Assembly (NCBI GenBank): GCA_963422365.1
Contig: OY729426.1
Span: 1,824,001 to 1,888,000 of the forward strand
Length of the DNA stretch: 64,000 nucleotides
From: Nitrospirales bacterium
Lineage (GTDB): Bacteria; Nitrospirota; Nitrospiria; Nitrospirales; UBA8639
Direction of reading: 5' to 3'
Position numbers and translations under genes: made by a program. Below the pieces are notes generated by a model, which saw only the letters and a program-made list of their open reading frames with translations, made no database searches and was not told where the DNA came from. Positions 29,379 to 39,511 of the stretch are shown here, one piece after another (position 1 is the stretch's first letter; the number at the start of each line of letters is the position of its first letter).

Positions 29379-30842
29379 ATGGCGGCTCCTAAACGAGTAG
29401 TGATTGTTGGAGGAGGGATTTCAGGCCTCTCTGCTGCGTTTGCCTTACTGGAGCAAGCAAGAATCATGGGGAAGCCTCTTCAGTGTACGGTGGTGGAGGG
29501 GCAGGCTCGTTTTGGTGGAAAAATTCTCACGAACCGTCATGATGGATTGGTAACGGAGGGAGGTCCTGACTCATTCCTCACGACCAAACCGTCAGCTCTT
29601 GCGCTCTGTGAAAAGTTGGGGCTGACTTCGCAATTGATCAATACCAATCAAGGGAATGCTCAAACGTTTACCTATTCAAAAGGACGATTGCGCGAATTCC
29701 CGCAAGGTCTTATTTCAATGGTTCCTACGAAGGTGGGGCCCTTGTTTCATAGTGGGGTGGTCTCCTGGGCCGGCATTGCACGAATGGGAATGGATTGGGT
29801 CATTCCTGCTCGTCCCAACACGAAAGATGAGGAAACATTGGCTGAATTTTTCAGTCGACGTCTAGGTTCTGAGGCCTTTTATCGCCTCATTGAGCCTTTA
29901 GTCGCAGGGATTTACGCCGGTGATGCGAATGAGTTAAGCGTGGATGCGACTTTTCCGCAACTTGTCGAGTTGGAGCGCAAACATGGCAGTCTCCTCAAAG
30001 GAGCGTTGGCCATGCAACGGGCGCGATTCTCGCACAAGCCTGGTGTGACGGCTGCCCGGACCTTGTTTACAACCTTACAAGGTGGGTTGGGTGATTTAAT
30101 CACAAGGTTAACAGACAGGCTTTCCGTTGCCGGAGTGTCCCTGCGACGAGGTACAGACATGCGGACGGTGCATCCGTCCCTCGATTCCCATACTTCCCAT
30201 ACTCATCCACCGTATCAGGTTGAGTTGGAAAGGGGAGAAAAATTGGAAGCAGAGGCCGTGGTTCTTGCGACTCCTGCGTACATTTCCGCAGGCGTTCTTC
30301 GCTCTTTTGACCATGAAGCTGCGGCAGCCCTAGACGAGATTCCTTATGCCTCTACGATGACCATCTCAATGGTCTTTTCTGAACCAGCTGTCAATAATCA
30401 GCTTTGTGGCTATGGCTTTGTGGTGCCGCGAATTGAAAATCGTTCATTGATCGCGGCGACATGGTCATCAATGAAGTGGGCAGGACGAGCGCCTTCGGGT
30501 CAATGTCTGATTCGGTGTTATCTGGGCGGGCGTGGACGAGATCACTTGTTGGATTTAGACAATGCGGAATTGACGAGACGAGCCCGTGATGAGTTAAAAA
30601 CAATGATTGGCATTCAAAGCCGACCTTCCCAGGTGGAAGTGTATCGATGGCCTCGATCCATGCCCCAATATACCCGTGGACATCGGGATCGTGTGCGACG
30701 AATTCGTCAACGTGTTGCCCTTCATCCCGGACTGTATGTGACAGGGGCGGCGTATGATGGAATAGGAATTCCGGATTGCATTCGCGATGCGGAGAACACG
30801 TCTAAACTTCTGAGTGCCTATTTATGGGGGCAGGTTTCGTAA
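29379..30842 (+). CDS. hemY: Protoporphyrinogen/coproporphyrinogen oxidase, HemY type
   Basis: GGGISGL FAD motif, EGGPDSFL, GIYAGD, MPQY..GH, GIGIPDCI. Confidence 0.93.
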   Translation: MAAPKRVVIVGGGISGLSAAFALLEQARIMGKPLQCTVVEGQARFGGKILTNRHDGLVTEGGPDSFLTTKPSALALCEKLGLTSQLINTNQGNAQTFTYSKGRLREFPQGLISMVPTKVGPLFHSGVVSWAGIARMGMDWVIPARPNTKDEETLAEFFSRRLGSEAFYRLIEPLVAGIYAGDANELSVDATFPQLVELERKHGSLLKGALAMQRARFSHKPGVTAARTLFTTLQGGLGDLITRLTDRLSVAGVSLRRGTDMRTVHPSLDSHTSHTHPPYQVELERGEKLEAEAVVLATPAYISAGVLRSFDHEAAAALDEIPYASTMTISMVFSEPAVNNQLCGYGFVVPRIENRSLIAATWSSMKWAGRAPSGQCLIRCYLGGRGRDHLLDLDNAELTRRARDELKTMIGIQSRPSQVEVYRWPRSMPQYTRGHRDRVRRIRQRVALHPGLYVTGAAYDGIGIPDCIRDAENTSKLLSAYLWGQVS

Positions 30843-30870
30843 CGCTCTGTTGAGCGATTCCAACAAGATT

Positions 30871-31173
30871 ATGCCTGGGGAGGTTGGGAAAAACCAGAAT
30901 CGCGTTCGGGCTCATGTCGTGGCCCAAGGCCGAGTGCAAGGAGTGGGCTTTCGAGCGTTTCTCCAATCTCAGGCTGTCAGGCGTGGTTTGAGTGGGTGGG
31001 TGAGAAACTTGCCGGATGGTCCAGTGGAAACGGAAGTCGAAGGGCCCCAAGTTCTCGTGGATGAATTCCTCGAAACCGTCAAACGTGGGCCATCCTTAGC
31101 GTATGTTCAAGATATTCAGGTGGAGTGGATAGCCCCGAGTGCACAAGGTTCATCCTTTGAGATGGTGTATTGA
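30871..31173 (+). CDS. acyP: Acylphosphatase
   Basis: GRVQGVGFR and GWVRNLPDG.VE. Confidence 0.93.
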   Translation: MPGEVGKNQNRVRAHVVAQGRVQGVGFRAFLQSQAVRRGLSGWVRNLPDGPVETEVEGPQVLVDEFLETVKRGPSLAYVQDIQVEWIAPSAQGSSFEMVY

Positions 31174-31351
31174 GAGAGTCGCTGATGACACCAACGATAG
31201 GGAGGGAAAGGATGGTTCCAAACTTGTCCCGCTCGTGTTGCCTGTCCAGATCTCTTGGCGGTCGCCTCGGCGCAGGCTTAGGACCAACAGGGTAGGCTTT
31301 TTCAATAGCGCCCGATGAATGGGTATAGGACCTAGACCGAAAGGATTGCAT

Positions 31352-31867
31352 ATGGATTATAAAGTATTAATTCGCGAGATCTCCGATTTTCCCAAGCCCG
31401 GTGTTGTGTTTTATGACATTACAACGTTATTGAAAAATCCCGAAGGGTATCGACAGGTCATTGATGACCTCACCGTGCGCTATCGGGATGAGGCTATCAG
31501 CAAGATTGTGGGTATTGAGTCTCGAGGCTTTATATTGGGAAGCCCGTTAGCGTACAATTTGAGGACGGGGTTTGTTCCTGTCCGCAAGCCCGGCAAGCTC
31601 CCTGCCGATGTGTTTGAGGTGAAATATAATCTGGAATATGGGGCAAACTCGCTGGCTATCCATCGAGACGCCGTGACGATGGGAGAACGAGTGCTGGTGG
31701 TCGATGATCTCTTAGCGACTGGAGGAACTGCATCTGCGACCGTGTACTTATTACGGCAATTAGGCGCAGAAATTGTGGGGTGTGCCTTTATGATCGAATT
31801 GCTGTTTTTGCAAGGACGTCAAAAAATTGAGGATTGCGAGGTTTATTCCTTGATGACGTATACTTGA
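31352..31867 (+). CDS. apt: Adenine phosphoribosyltransferase
   Basis: DFPKPGV.FYDIT, RKPGKLP, LEYG, VDDLLATGGT. Confidence 0.96.
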   Translation: MDYKVLIREISDFPKPGVVFYDITTLLKNPEGYRQVIDDLTVRYRDEAISKIVGIESRGFILGSPLAYNLRTGFVPVRKPGKLPADVFEVKYNLEYGANSLAIHRDAVTMGERVLVVDDLLATGGTASATVYLLRQLGAEIVGCAFMIELLFLQGRQKIEDCEVYSLMTYT

Positions 31868-31968
31868 ACTGCTATATTTTTTACCTTTAAATCTTAGGCG
31901 AAGGTCGTTATTTAGAACGATGGAGTAAAGAACAAGGGTGGTTGTTGCGTTGGAAAAGGAGACGTGAA

Positions 31969-32544
31969 ATGGCAGGCAAATCCATAAAGAAACATGCGAC
32001 TGGAGTCGCCAAGCGTTCATCCAAAACTCCTCAGGCGAAATCGTCTTCGCCTTCCAAAAGCCAAATGATAAAATTTGCCTCGCGTTCGGTAAAAGTAAGA
32101 GTCACTGAGGACACGGCCGTGAAAAAAAAGCCCCTAGCCAAAACTCCCAAGCAGTTGCCCTCTTCGCGATCGGTGTCATTACGGAAGATTATGCTGGAAA
32201 AACGAGTCAAGCTCATGAAGGAAATTCAAAGCCAACTAGGCCAATCATTGACGGAAGAGCAGCAACGGCGGTTTGAATCGGCCATGGACAGTGGAGACCA
32301 AGCCTTGTTGGATTTAGAACGTGAAATGGGCATTTCTCTTCAAGAAAAACGCAATCGAGAACGGCAGATGATTGATGAAGCGTTGGTGAGTTTAGAAGAA
32401 GGGACCTATGGTATCTGCGTTGAGTGTGAGACTGAAATTAGCGAAAAACGACTGGCGGTTATGCCGTCTGCGAGACTCTGTGTCGAATGCCAGGAAAAAA
32501 TCGAGTTGTTTGAGAAAATTGAACGAGGAGAGCACCGGATCTAA
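31969..32544 (+). CDS. DksA/TraR family C4 zinc-finger regulator
   Basis: Coiled coil with DSGD tip, GTYGICVEC...RL..MP.ARLCVEC; RBS AGGAG; basic N-terminal extension. Confidence 0.88.
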   Translation: MAGKSIKKHATGVAKRSSKTPQAKSSSPSKSQMIKFASRSVKVRVTEDTAVKKKPLAKTPKQLPSSRSVSLRKIMLEKRVKLMKEIQSQLGQSLTEEQQRRFESAMDSGDQALLDLEREMGISLQEKRNRERQMIDEALVSLEEGTYGICVECETEISEKRLAVMPSARLCVECQEKIELFEKIERGEHRI

Positions 32545-32693
32545 CCTTGACCAGTGACTTGTCATGGCCTATGCCCACCGCCTTCTTTTTACTCTTCTGT
32601 TGACCCTATTTTTATCTAAAATCGTTTCCCTGGATAACCTCGCCTCGTGTTGAAAAATTCTGTTGACCCCATGAAAAGTTCATTCGAGGCACG

Positions 32694-33389
32694 ATGAAAG
32701 CTGTAGTGTTGGCCAGTGGAGGGCTTGATTCGACCGTGACGGCCGCAATGGCTCGTGACGAGGGGTACGCCCTGTATTTGCTTACGGTTCGGTATGGACA
32801 GCGCCATTACGCTGAAATTCAAAAGGCACAAGAGATTGCGGCATGGCTAGGGGCGATCGAGCATAAAATTCTTCAAGTGGATCTACACGAATTTGGTGGT
32901 TCGGCTTTAGTCGGCTCAGGAGCCATTCCGAAAAGTCGGTCGGACCAAGAACGGCAGACAGGCATTCCATCCACATATGTTCCAGCACGAAATATAATAT
33001 TTTTGGCCTTGGCCTTGGCCTATGCCGAGGTCGTCGCGGCTTCTTGTATTTTCATCGGGGCCAATGTCGTAGATTATTCCGGATACCCGGATTGTCGCCC
33101 TGAATTTTTGCGTGCATTTGAATACATGGCTCAGCTCGGCACGAAAACGGGAATTGATGGCAAGACGGTTCGGATTCAAGCGCCGCTCCTTCTTTTGAGT
33201 AAAACCCACATCATTCAACAAGGATGGACCTTGGGGGTTCCCTTTGAGTTGACCCACAGTTGTTATGATCCTCAGGCGGCTGGCTTGGCCTGTGGGCAAT
33301 GTGATAGTTGCGTGATTCGGCTACAAGGTTTTCAAGATGCCGGCTTCCAAGATCCCGTGCCTTATGCGGCAAGAGCCTCGGGTCCATAA
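32694..33389 (+). CDS. queC: 7-cyano-7-deazaguanine synthase
   Basis: SGGLDS, YGQRH, TYVPARN, YPDCRPEF, SCY...CGQCDSC. Confidence 0.96.
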   Translation: MKAVVLASGGLDSTVTAAMARDEGYALYLLTVRYGQRHYAEIQKAQEIAAWLGAIEHKILQVDLHEFGGSALVGSGAIPKSRSDQERQTGIPSTYVPARNIIFLALALAYAEVVAASCIFIGANVVDYSGYPDCRPEFLRAFEYMAQLGTKTGIDGKTVRIQAPLLLLSKTHIIQQGWTLGVPFELTHSCYDPQAAGLACGQCDSCVIRLQGFQDAGFQDPVPYAARASGP

Positions 33390-33457
33390 CCGTCGACTTG
33401 TGTCATAGCAGATTGATGCCAGAACGTGCTCAGCATGCCATGATCAGACGTTTCAAG

Positions 33458-33895
33458 ATGAAACCGCTGACAAAATTCGTGTGGCTCGGCACGGCTGCGT
33501 TGATGGGTTTTGTTAGTTGCTCTGATGGACAAGGGGAATCGAGTTCAAACCATGCCTCTCATGGCAACGTCGTGCAGGAAACGACTGCGCCTCGGGCTTC
33601 TTCGCAGCCGGTTCCGGAGGAATATCAAGCAGGGGAAGAACGGTTCAACGGCCTCTGTGCGCGCTGTCATGGTATGGCAGGTAGAGGGACGAACATGGGG
33701 CCACCATTGGCACATAAGATTTATGAGCCCTCCCATCATGCCGACTTTGCGTTCATGCGAGCGGCCATGCAAGGCGTCCGAGCTCACCACTGGAAGTTTG
33801 GAAATATGCCAAAAATCGCCGAGGCCACATCTGATGATGTCACCAAGATCATCCTCTATGTACGGTGGTTGCAACGTCAGGCGGGAATTTATTGA
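33458..33895 (+). CDS. Monoheme cytochrome c lipoprotein
   Basis: Lipobox FVSC, CARCH heme motif, GPPL, HHWKFGNMP. Confidence 0.85.
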   Translation: MKPLTKFVWLGTAALMGFVSCSDGQGESSSNHASHGNVVQETTAPRASSQPVPEEYQAGEERFNGLCARCHGMAGRGTNMGPPLAHKIYEPSHHADFAFMRAAMQGVRAHHWKFGNMPKIAEATSDDVTKIILYVRWLQRQAGIY

Positions 33896-33927
33896 AATCA
33901 AGGCGGGTTCCGGTTCCGTAAAGGCGA

Positions 33928-34170
33928 TTATTCATGAAGCGTGTAGACCAAGTGGGTGTCGGTTTGGGCCACTCCTTCAATGGCATGGATTCTGGTGAGG
34001 ACCAATTGAGTCAACGCTTTCTGGCTTGCCACTTCCACTTTGGTGAAAATATCGGGCTTTCCCCAACAGGCGTCAATGGTTTTAATCTCCTCGATTTCCG
34101 CCAATAAATTTTTCACATTTGCAGTTTGTCCGGGTAGCACATTGATAAGGACATAAGCATTTTCTGGCAT
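33928..34170 (-). CDS. Stand-alone Lrp/AsnC ligand-binding domain protein
   Basis: AYVLINV.PG...WGKPDI...I..IEGV..T.T; RBS GGAG. Confidence 0.85.
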   Translation of the reverse strand: MPENAYVLINVLPGQTANVKNLLAEIEEIKTIDACWGKPDIFTKVEVASQKALTQLVLTRIHAIEGVAQTDTHLVYTLHE

Positions 34171-34575
34171 CTGGCAGACTCCCTTTTTCAAAATCCTACG
34201 CTTCAAAATCGTACAGCAACCAACAGGAGAGCAGGCTAACGCAATAAGTGCCTCCAAATCAAGGAACGATCCTTTACGTGTTTGAGCATGTGAAGATGAT
34301 CGTCGAGTTCCTCTTGTTTTTCAGTTTTTCTTGTGTAAGGCTTTTTCGAGAGCACTTAACGAGTTCCTCAATGTTTGGATTAAAAACCTTCTTGAAGCTG
34401 GGTGGTTCTCTATGTGTCATTTCTGTCAATGTTCACTCCTTCGCTGACAGACTGGGTGCGTTATGCAGGAGGATTCTTGCCGTCGTCCTAAGAAAAGGCA
34501 GTTGTAACTGTTTTTGATATACTCTTATACATTACATCTATCATTTATCCATTTCATTTGTTTTGGCAATTGACG

Positions 34576-35745
34576 ATGCGTATTCCCCCGCTTCAACGAC
34601 GAGTGACGAACCGGTTGCGTGAAATGCGGATTGCCCTTGGTCTGTCCCAAGGAAAGTTGGCGCAGAGTGCAGGCATTACACGACAAGCGTTGTATGCCAT
34701 GGAAAAGGATCAATATCTTCCGGGTACGGAAGTGGCGTTGCAACTTGCTCATACGTTGGGAACTTCGGTTGAAGATCTGTTTGCTTTGAATGACAGCCGA
34801 GAAATTCTTGAGGCGGAATTACTGGCAGATCATTCTAGAGTGTTGAAATCTACCAGAGTCAAGTTAGCCTTGGTAGGGAATCGTCTGGTGGCTAAGCCCG
34901 TGCTGGAATTAGGAGATGTCCTGAATTATACGGTTCCTGCGGATGGATTGATTCTAGGGACACTGTCTCAGGAAAGACATCAAGCAGGCTCTGGGCGTTC
35001 AGTCTATGTGCAACTCCTGAAAAGTCAGAAGGATGTGGAAAGGCAAATCGTCGTAGCGGGGTGTGATCCCGCCATTTATTTAGTGGGAGAGCATGTTCGT
35101 CAGCAAGGGGGGAACGTGCCGGTCGTCGGGTGGACCATGGCAAGTCTTGCGGCCTTGCACGCATTAAAACAGGGAAACGTCCACATCGCCGGGATTCATA
35201 TGAGAGATCCCCTGTCCGGAGAGTATAACCTTCCATTTTTGAAAAGGTATTTAAGAGGTCAAGACGTGACCGTGGTCAGGTTTGCTGCCTGGCAGGAGGG
35301 TTTATTGTTAAGGGTGGAGGATTCTCAAAAAATCCATGGCCCTGAAGATTTATCCAGTCCGGATGTACGGATAGTCAATCGAGAGAAAGGGGCAGGAGCT
35401 CGATTGCTGTTAGATCATTTACTTGCTCGTCATCGTATTTCGAGCCAAATCGTGAAGGGATACAGAACAATTGCTTCTTCGCAGCTTGGCCTTGGGCGAT
35501 ATATTTCTGAAGGGAAGGCGGACGTCGGCATCGGAGCACAGGCTGTGGCCCAATTATACGATCTTGATTTTATTCCACTGCAAGAAGAGCGGTATGACTT
35601 GGTCATTCCTACGGCGTATGTGCACTCACATCCTGGCATGAAAGTATTTTTGGACACCTTGGCGACGCGTCGATTCCAGCAAGAAATTGACGCGTTGGGA
35701 GGATATGATACAAAAGAGAGCGGGAAAATAATCGAAGAAAAGTAG
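34576..35745 (+). CDS. XRE-type HTH regulator fused to a molybdate-binding PBP-like domain
   Basis: NRLREMR...LSQ..LA...GITRQAL HTH; GCDPA, AGIH, YNLP, VNREKGAGAR, EERYDLV. Confidence 0.85.
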   Translation: MRIPPLQRRVTNRLREMRIALGLSQGKLAQSAGITRQALYAMEKDQYLPGTEVALQLAHTLGTSVEDLFALNDSREILEAELLADHSRVLKSTRVKLALVGNRLVAKPVLELGDVLNYTVPADGLILGTLSQERHQAGSGRSVYVQLLKSQKDVERQIVVAGCDPAIYLVGEHVRQQGGNVPVVGWTMASLAALHALKQGNVHIAGIHMRDPLSGEYNLPFLKRYLRGQDVTVVRFAAWQEGLLLRVEDSQKIHGPEDLSSPDVRIVNREKGAGARLLLDHLLARHRISSQIVKGYRTIASSQLGLGRYISEGKADVGIGAQAVAQLYDLDFIPLQEERYDLVIPTAYVHSHPGMKVFLDTLATRRFQQEIDALGGYDTKESGKIIEEK

Positions 35746-35990
35746 TTTTTCAAGCCTTACCTCTTGAACTCCAGTGCCAATTTTAGCATGAGACGAAGTC
35801 GGTCCTCCCCTGCCTTGCCCTACCCCTTTGGCAGTCATCTGCCTCCTTCTGCCATGCTGTGTCCCGCCTGACAAGGATCTCCCTTTCGGTATATCGCAGG
35901 GTCTCCCAATCTGGTTGTCCTGCAAGCGTGATCGTCTTTGGCCTTAAGCCGGACGCAGAATGTTTCGTCATTTTAAAAAGTAAAATATTA

Positions 35991-36020
35991 TTGACATTTA
36001 AGAAAATTAAATATTACTAT
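35991..36020 (+). promoter_or_regulatory. Putative promoter upstream of modABC
   Basis: TTGACA-N18-TACTAT in an AT-rich patch; inverted TGTCAA at 36041-36046. Confidence 0.45.
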
Positions 36021-36455
36021 CGTTGTTTCCAAATGAAGGTTGTCAATTGCTTGATAGAAACGGATTCATTAGTGATGTGGAAAGGCGGAAAGAACGGAGT
36101 CTGGGATCTTTTATGGCTTGGGAGTTTTGCCTTGATCGCTTGGGTGGCACCGGATTGGCCTACGGTTCCACGGATGTTTTCGCTAAACAGGGCTTCACTC
36201 ATGCGTTGCTTGAAGGGGTATCAAAGCTGCCAGCGCTAGAACTTGCCGATGCCATGCTCATTCGATCGAAGGCATGGAAATGGAATCGCTACCTGAAGGA
36301 CGCCTGTATCTCCCTGATTGGCTTGACGTCGGGCTTGAACACCGAACACGTCTTGAAATGTATGATCATCCATGGCGATCCAGCTAAGCGTTAGGACAAA
36401 TGGACTCTCAGATTTCCAAAAGTTCGCTTGTAAGGCACGTATCAGTGTACCTGTC

Positions 36456-37217
36456 GTGATCGTCAAAACGCATAGTTTTCTGCTGCTGCTTTTTTTTACG
36501 ATCTGTTCGGCTACGAGTACTGCTGAAGAGGTGCGTATTGCGGTTGCAGCTAATTTTTTGTCGACACTCAATGAGATCGTTACCAACTTTGAGCGGGACA
36601 CGGGCCACACGGCCGTTATCAGTTCGGGGTCGAGCGGAAAGCTCTATGCACAGATCAAACATGGTGCCCCATTCGACGTATTCTTTTCCGCCGATGTCAT
36701 GCGTCCGAGGTTGATGGAACAGGAAGGACTTGCGGTTCAAGGGAGTCGGTTTACGTATGCGGTGGGACGACTGACGTTATGGAGCCCTGATCCCACCATG
36801 ATCAAAAGCAATGGAACATCCATGCTGTTGAATCGCAACGTGGAGCACGTGGCGATTGCAAACCCCAAGACCGCACCGTATGGCGCCGCTGCACAAGAAG
36901 CATTGCAAGCACTGGGACTTTGGGGGCCAATCCAGGATCGGATAGTCCGAGGAGAAAATATCGGTCAAACCTTCCACTTTGTTTTCTCGAAAAATGCCCA
37001 ACTGGGGTTTGTCGCCCTTTCGCAAGTTTTGAGTCCCAACATCAATGGGGCGGGGAGTCGATGGGATGTGCCGACGCATTTGTATGCCCCGCTCCGGCAG
37101 CAAGCCGTTTTGCTGAGCAATGGTCAACAGAACGAAGTTGCAAACACGTTCTTAGACTATGTTAAAGGGGCAACGTCCCGGACCGTCATTGAACGGTTTG
37201 GCTATGGCTTGGAATGA
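36456..37217 (+). CDS. modA: Molybdate ABC transporter substrate-binding protein
   Basis: AVAANF, GSSGKLYAQI..GAPFD.F.SAD, ANPKTAPYG, GENIGQ; start uncertain. Confidence 0.95.
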   Translation: MIVKTHSFLLLLFFTICSATSTAEEVRIAVAANFLSTLNEIVTNFERDTGHTAVISSGSSGKLYAQIKHGAPFDVFFSADVMRPRLMEQEGLAVQGSRFTYAVGRLTLWSPDPTMIKSNGTSMLLNRNVEHVAIANPKTAPYGAAAQEALQALGLWGPIQDRIVRGENIGQTFHFVFSKNAQLGFVALSQVLSPNINGAGSRWDVPTHLYAPLRQQAVLLSNGQQNEVANTFLDYVKGATSRTVIERFGYGLE

Positions 37218-37238
37218 TCGAAGCCGGAGAGGAGCCGG

Positions 37239-37922
37239 ATGAGCGTGCAGGAAATGGATTGGGGACCGTTATGGTTGACTCTGCAACTGGCAGGGGTGAC
37301 CGTTGCCGTGTTGTTGCTGGTCGGCACCCCCTTGGCGTGGTGGTTGGCTTTTACACGCTCGCGTTTCAGGACGCTGGTAGAGGCGATCGTGGCGCTTCCT
37401 CTTGTTCTCCCGCCAACTGTGCTTGGGTTTTATCTGTTGGTTGCACTTGGGCCACATGGACTGATTGGCAGCCCATGGAAGGAATTTACTGGATCAGCAC
37501 TCTCGTTTACCTTTACAGGGTTGGTCATCGCCTCGATGTTCTATTCGCTTCCTTTTGTGGTTCAACCCCTGCATGGGGCTTTCGAGGCTGTCGGCAAAAA
37601 GCCACTGGAAGCGGCATGGTCGCTGGGAGCCTCAAAGCTGGATGCCTTTTTTACTGTGGCGTCGCCCATGGCGATTCGAGGCTATTTGAGCGCGATCGTA
37701 TTAGGCTTTGCCCATACGCTTGGCGAATTCGGTGTTGTGCTGATGGTGGGAGGCAATATTCCAGGCGTAACCAAAGTGCTCTCCATTGCGATCTATGATC
37801 ATGTCGAGGTGCTTGAATATACCCAGGCTCATTTTCTTTCGGCCGTTCTCCTAGTCTTTAGCTTTCTCATTCTTACGATCGTGTATACGGTCAATCGGCA
37901 GGTGCCTCTTCACGTCTCATGA
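37239..37922 (+). CDS. modB: Molybdate ABC transporter permease
   Basis: LPLVLPPTVLGFYLL, FAHTLGEFGVVLMVGGNIPG. Confidence 0.96.
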   Translation: MSVQEMDWGPLWLTLQLAGVTVAVLLLVGTPLAWWLAFTRSRFRTLVEAIVALPLVLPPTVLGFYLLVALGPHGLIGSPWKEFTGSALSFTFTGLVIASMFYSLPFVVQPLHGAFEAVGKKPLEAAWSLGASKLDAFFTVASPMAIRGYLSAIVLGFAHTLGEFGVVLMVGGNIPGVTKVLSIAIYDHVEVLEYTQAHFLSAVLLVFSFLILTIVYTVNRQVPLHVS

Positions 37923-39001
37923 GTCGACTCGAGGCACGATTCCACATTGACTATCCCGGGTTTCGTTTTGACGTTGCTTGCACGGTGCCGCTTGAAGGGA
38001 CAGTTGCGGTGTTTGGATCGTCAGGGAGCGGCAAGACGACATTGTTGCGGTGTATAGCCGGTCTCACTCGTGCCTCTTCGGGGTTCCTCAAATTCGACCA
38101 GGCAATTTGGCAAGACGGCGCCCACAAGATTTTTCTCCCGGTCGAACGACGACACGTGGGGGTTGTCTTTCAAGAGGGCAGACTTTTTCCACATCTCAGT
38201 GTGATACAAAATCTCAAATATGGAATGAAGCGCAGTCCCCCATCTCAGCGACGCATTGAATTTGATCATGTCAGAGAGCTATTGGAACTTGAGCCGCTTT
38301 TTCAGCGTCGGGTGCATCACTTATCTGGTGGTGAGCAGCAACGTGTGGCAATAGGGCGAGCGTTGTTAACCAGTCCGCAACTCCTGCTGATGGATGAACC
38401 CTTAGCCTCTCTTGACCAACAACAAAAGAAAGAAATCGTTCCATTCCTTCAGAGGCTGAATCAGGAATTGAGAATCCCGATCCTGTACGTGAGCCACGAT
38501 CTTAACGAAATTTTGCAACTGGCCAACCACATGGTCTTATTGAAAGAAGGTAGGGTTGTGGCCACCGGGCCGATTCAGGAAGTTTTTGCTCGGTTGGATC
38601 TGCAGGGGTTGATCGAATCGAACATGGTGGGGGCCATTCTTGAAACCCGAATTGCTGAGCATGAACCGCAATTCGGGTTAACGCAGGTCGAATTTTTCGG
38701 ACAATCACTCTTTCTCCCTCAACAGGCTCTTCCCATCGGTGCGCCCTTGAGAGTGCAAATTCTTTCACGCGATGTGAGCCTAGTGGTTGGCTCACGTCCT
38801 GCGACAAGTAGCGTGCTGAATACCCTAGAGGCTACGATTGTCGAGATTAGCGAGTCTCCGAGTGATCAGTATGCCGTCGAAGTGAAGCTTGACGTGGGGT
38901 GTCCCCTCTTAGCCATGATTACGAAAAAATCTTTTCATCAACTTCAGTTGCGACCTGGCCAAAAGGTCCATGCTTCCTTCAAAGCCGTGGCATTGAGCTA
39001 G
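37919..39001 (+). CDS. modC: Molybdate ABC transporter ATP-binding protein
   Basis: GSSGSGKT, LSGGEQQR, LLMDEP, C-terminal Mop/TOBE domain. Confidence 0.96.
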   Translation: MSRLEARFHIDYPGFRFDVACTVPLEGTVAVFGSSGSGKTTLLRCIAGLTRASSGFLKFDQAIWQDGAHKIFLPVERRHVGVVFQEGRLFPHLSVIQNLKYGMKRSPPSQRRIEFDHVRELLELEPLFQRRVHHLSGGEQQRVAIGRALLTSPQLLLMDEPLASLDQQQKKEIVPFLQRLNQELRIPILYVSHDLNEILQLANHMVLLKEGRVVATGPIQEVFARLDLQGLIESNMVGAILETRIAEHEPQFGLTQVEFFGQSLFLPQQALPIGAPLRVQILSRDVSLVVGSRPATSSVLNTLEATIVEISESPSDQYAVEVKLDVGCPLLAMITKKSFHQLQLRPGQKVHASFKAVALS

Positions 39002-39047
39002 CCCACCCCTTTGGGATGAAAATCGACAGAGATCGGCTCATGGATGG

Positions 39048-39419
39048 TTAGTTTTTCTTTTTCGTTACGCACTGCGTTCCATCAAAGATGGTGCAGGTTG
39101 AATCACCGCTTGTCAACTTCCATGACTTGATGATCGGTGGATTGGGTTTTCCCTGAAATTCAACGACGACATCGATCATTCCGCCGACGGGTAGCGCTGA
39201 AAGATGCGGCATCGCAGCCTCGCTGGCCTTGAGCCAAAGAATACCGCTCCCGCTGCTAATCAAGAGAAATCCTTTATCGGGGACGACACGAATCACCGGG
39301 CTATAAAAGCTTCCTTCTTTCCCGGGTTCATCAGTAAAAGCCAAACTAAGTGGAGTCACTGACATAAAAAGAAAGACAAGCAATGGAAGCATGTATGTAA
39401 ACGGACGGTATGAAAACAT
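39048..39419 (-). CDS. Hypothetical exported protein
   Basis: RBS GGAGG, signal peptide, small beta-rich domain with two C-terminal Cys. Confidence 0.65.
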   Translation of the reverse strand: MFSYRPFTYMLPLLVFLFMSVTPLSLAFTDEPGKEGSFYSPVIRVVPDKGFLLISSGSGILWLKASEAAMPHLSALPVGGMIDVVVEFQGKPNPPIIKSWKLTSGDSTCTIFDGTQCVTKKKN

Positions 39420-39511
39420 GACGAACCTCCTTGCGAGAGGGGGAGAATAACCTTTTTGCATTATGGCAACTTAGGGGAGGGATGTCTAGAACAGTGCGGC
39501 ACAAAGTGATC

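Noticed and set aside
32545..32693. preQ1 riboswitch upstream of queC
   Set aside because: No matching stem-loop with A-rich tail; only a short TCTGTTGACCC direct repeat.
35746..36455. Moco riboswitch or ModE box before modA
   Set aside because: Neither consensus could be identified by eye.
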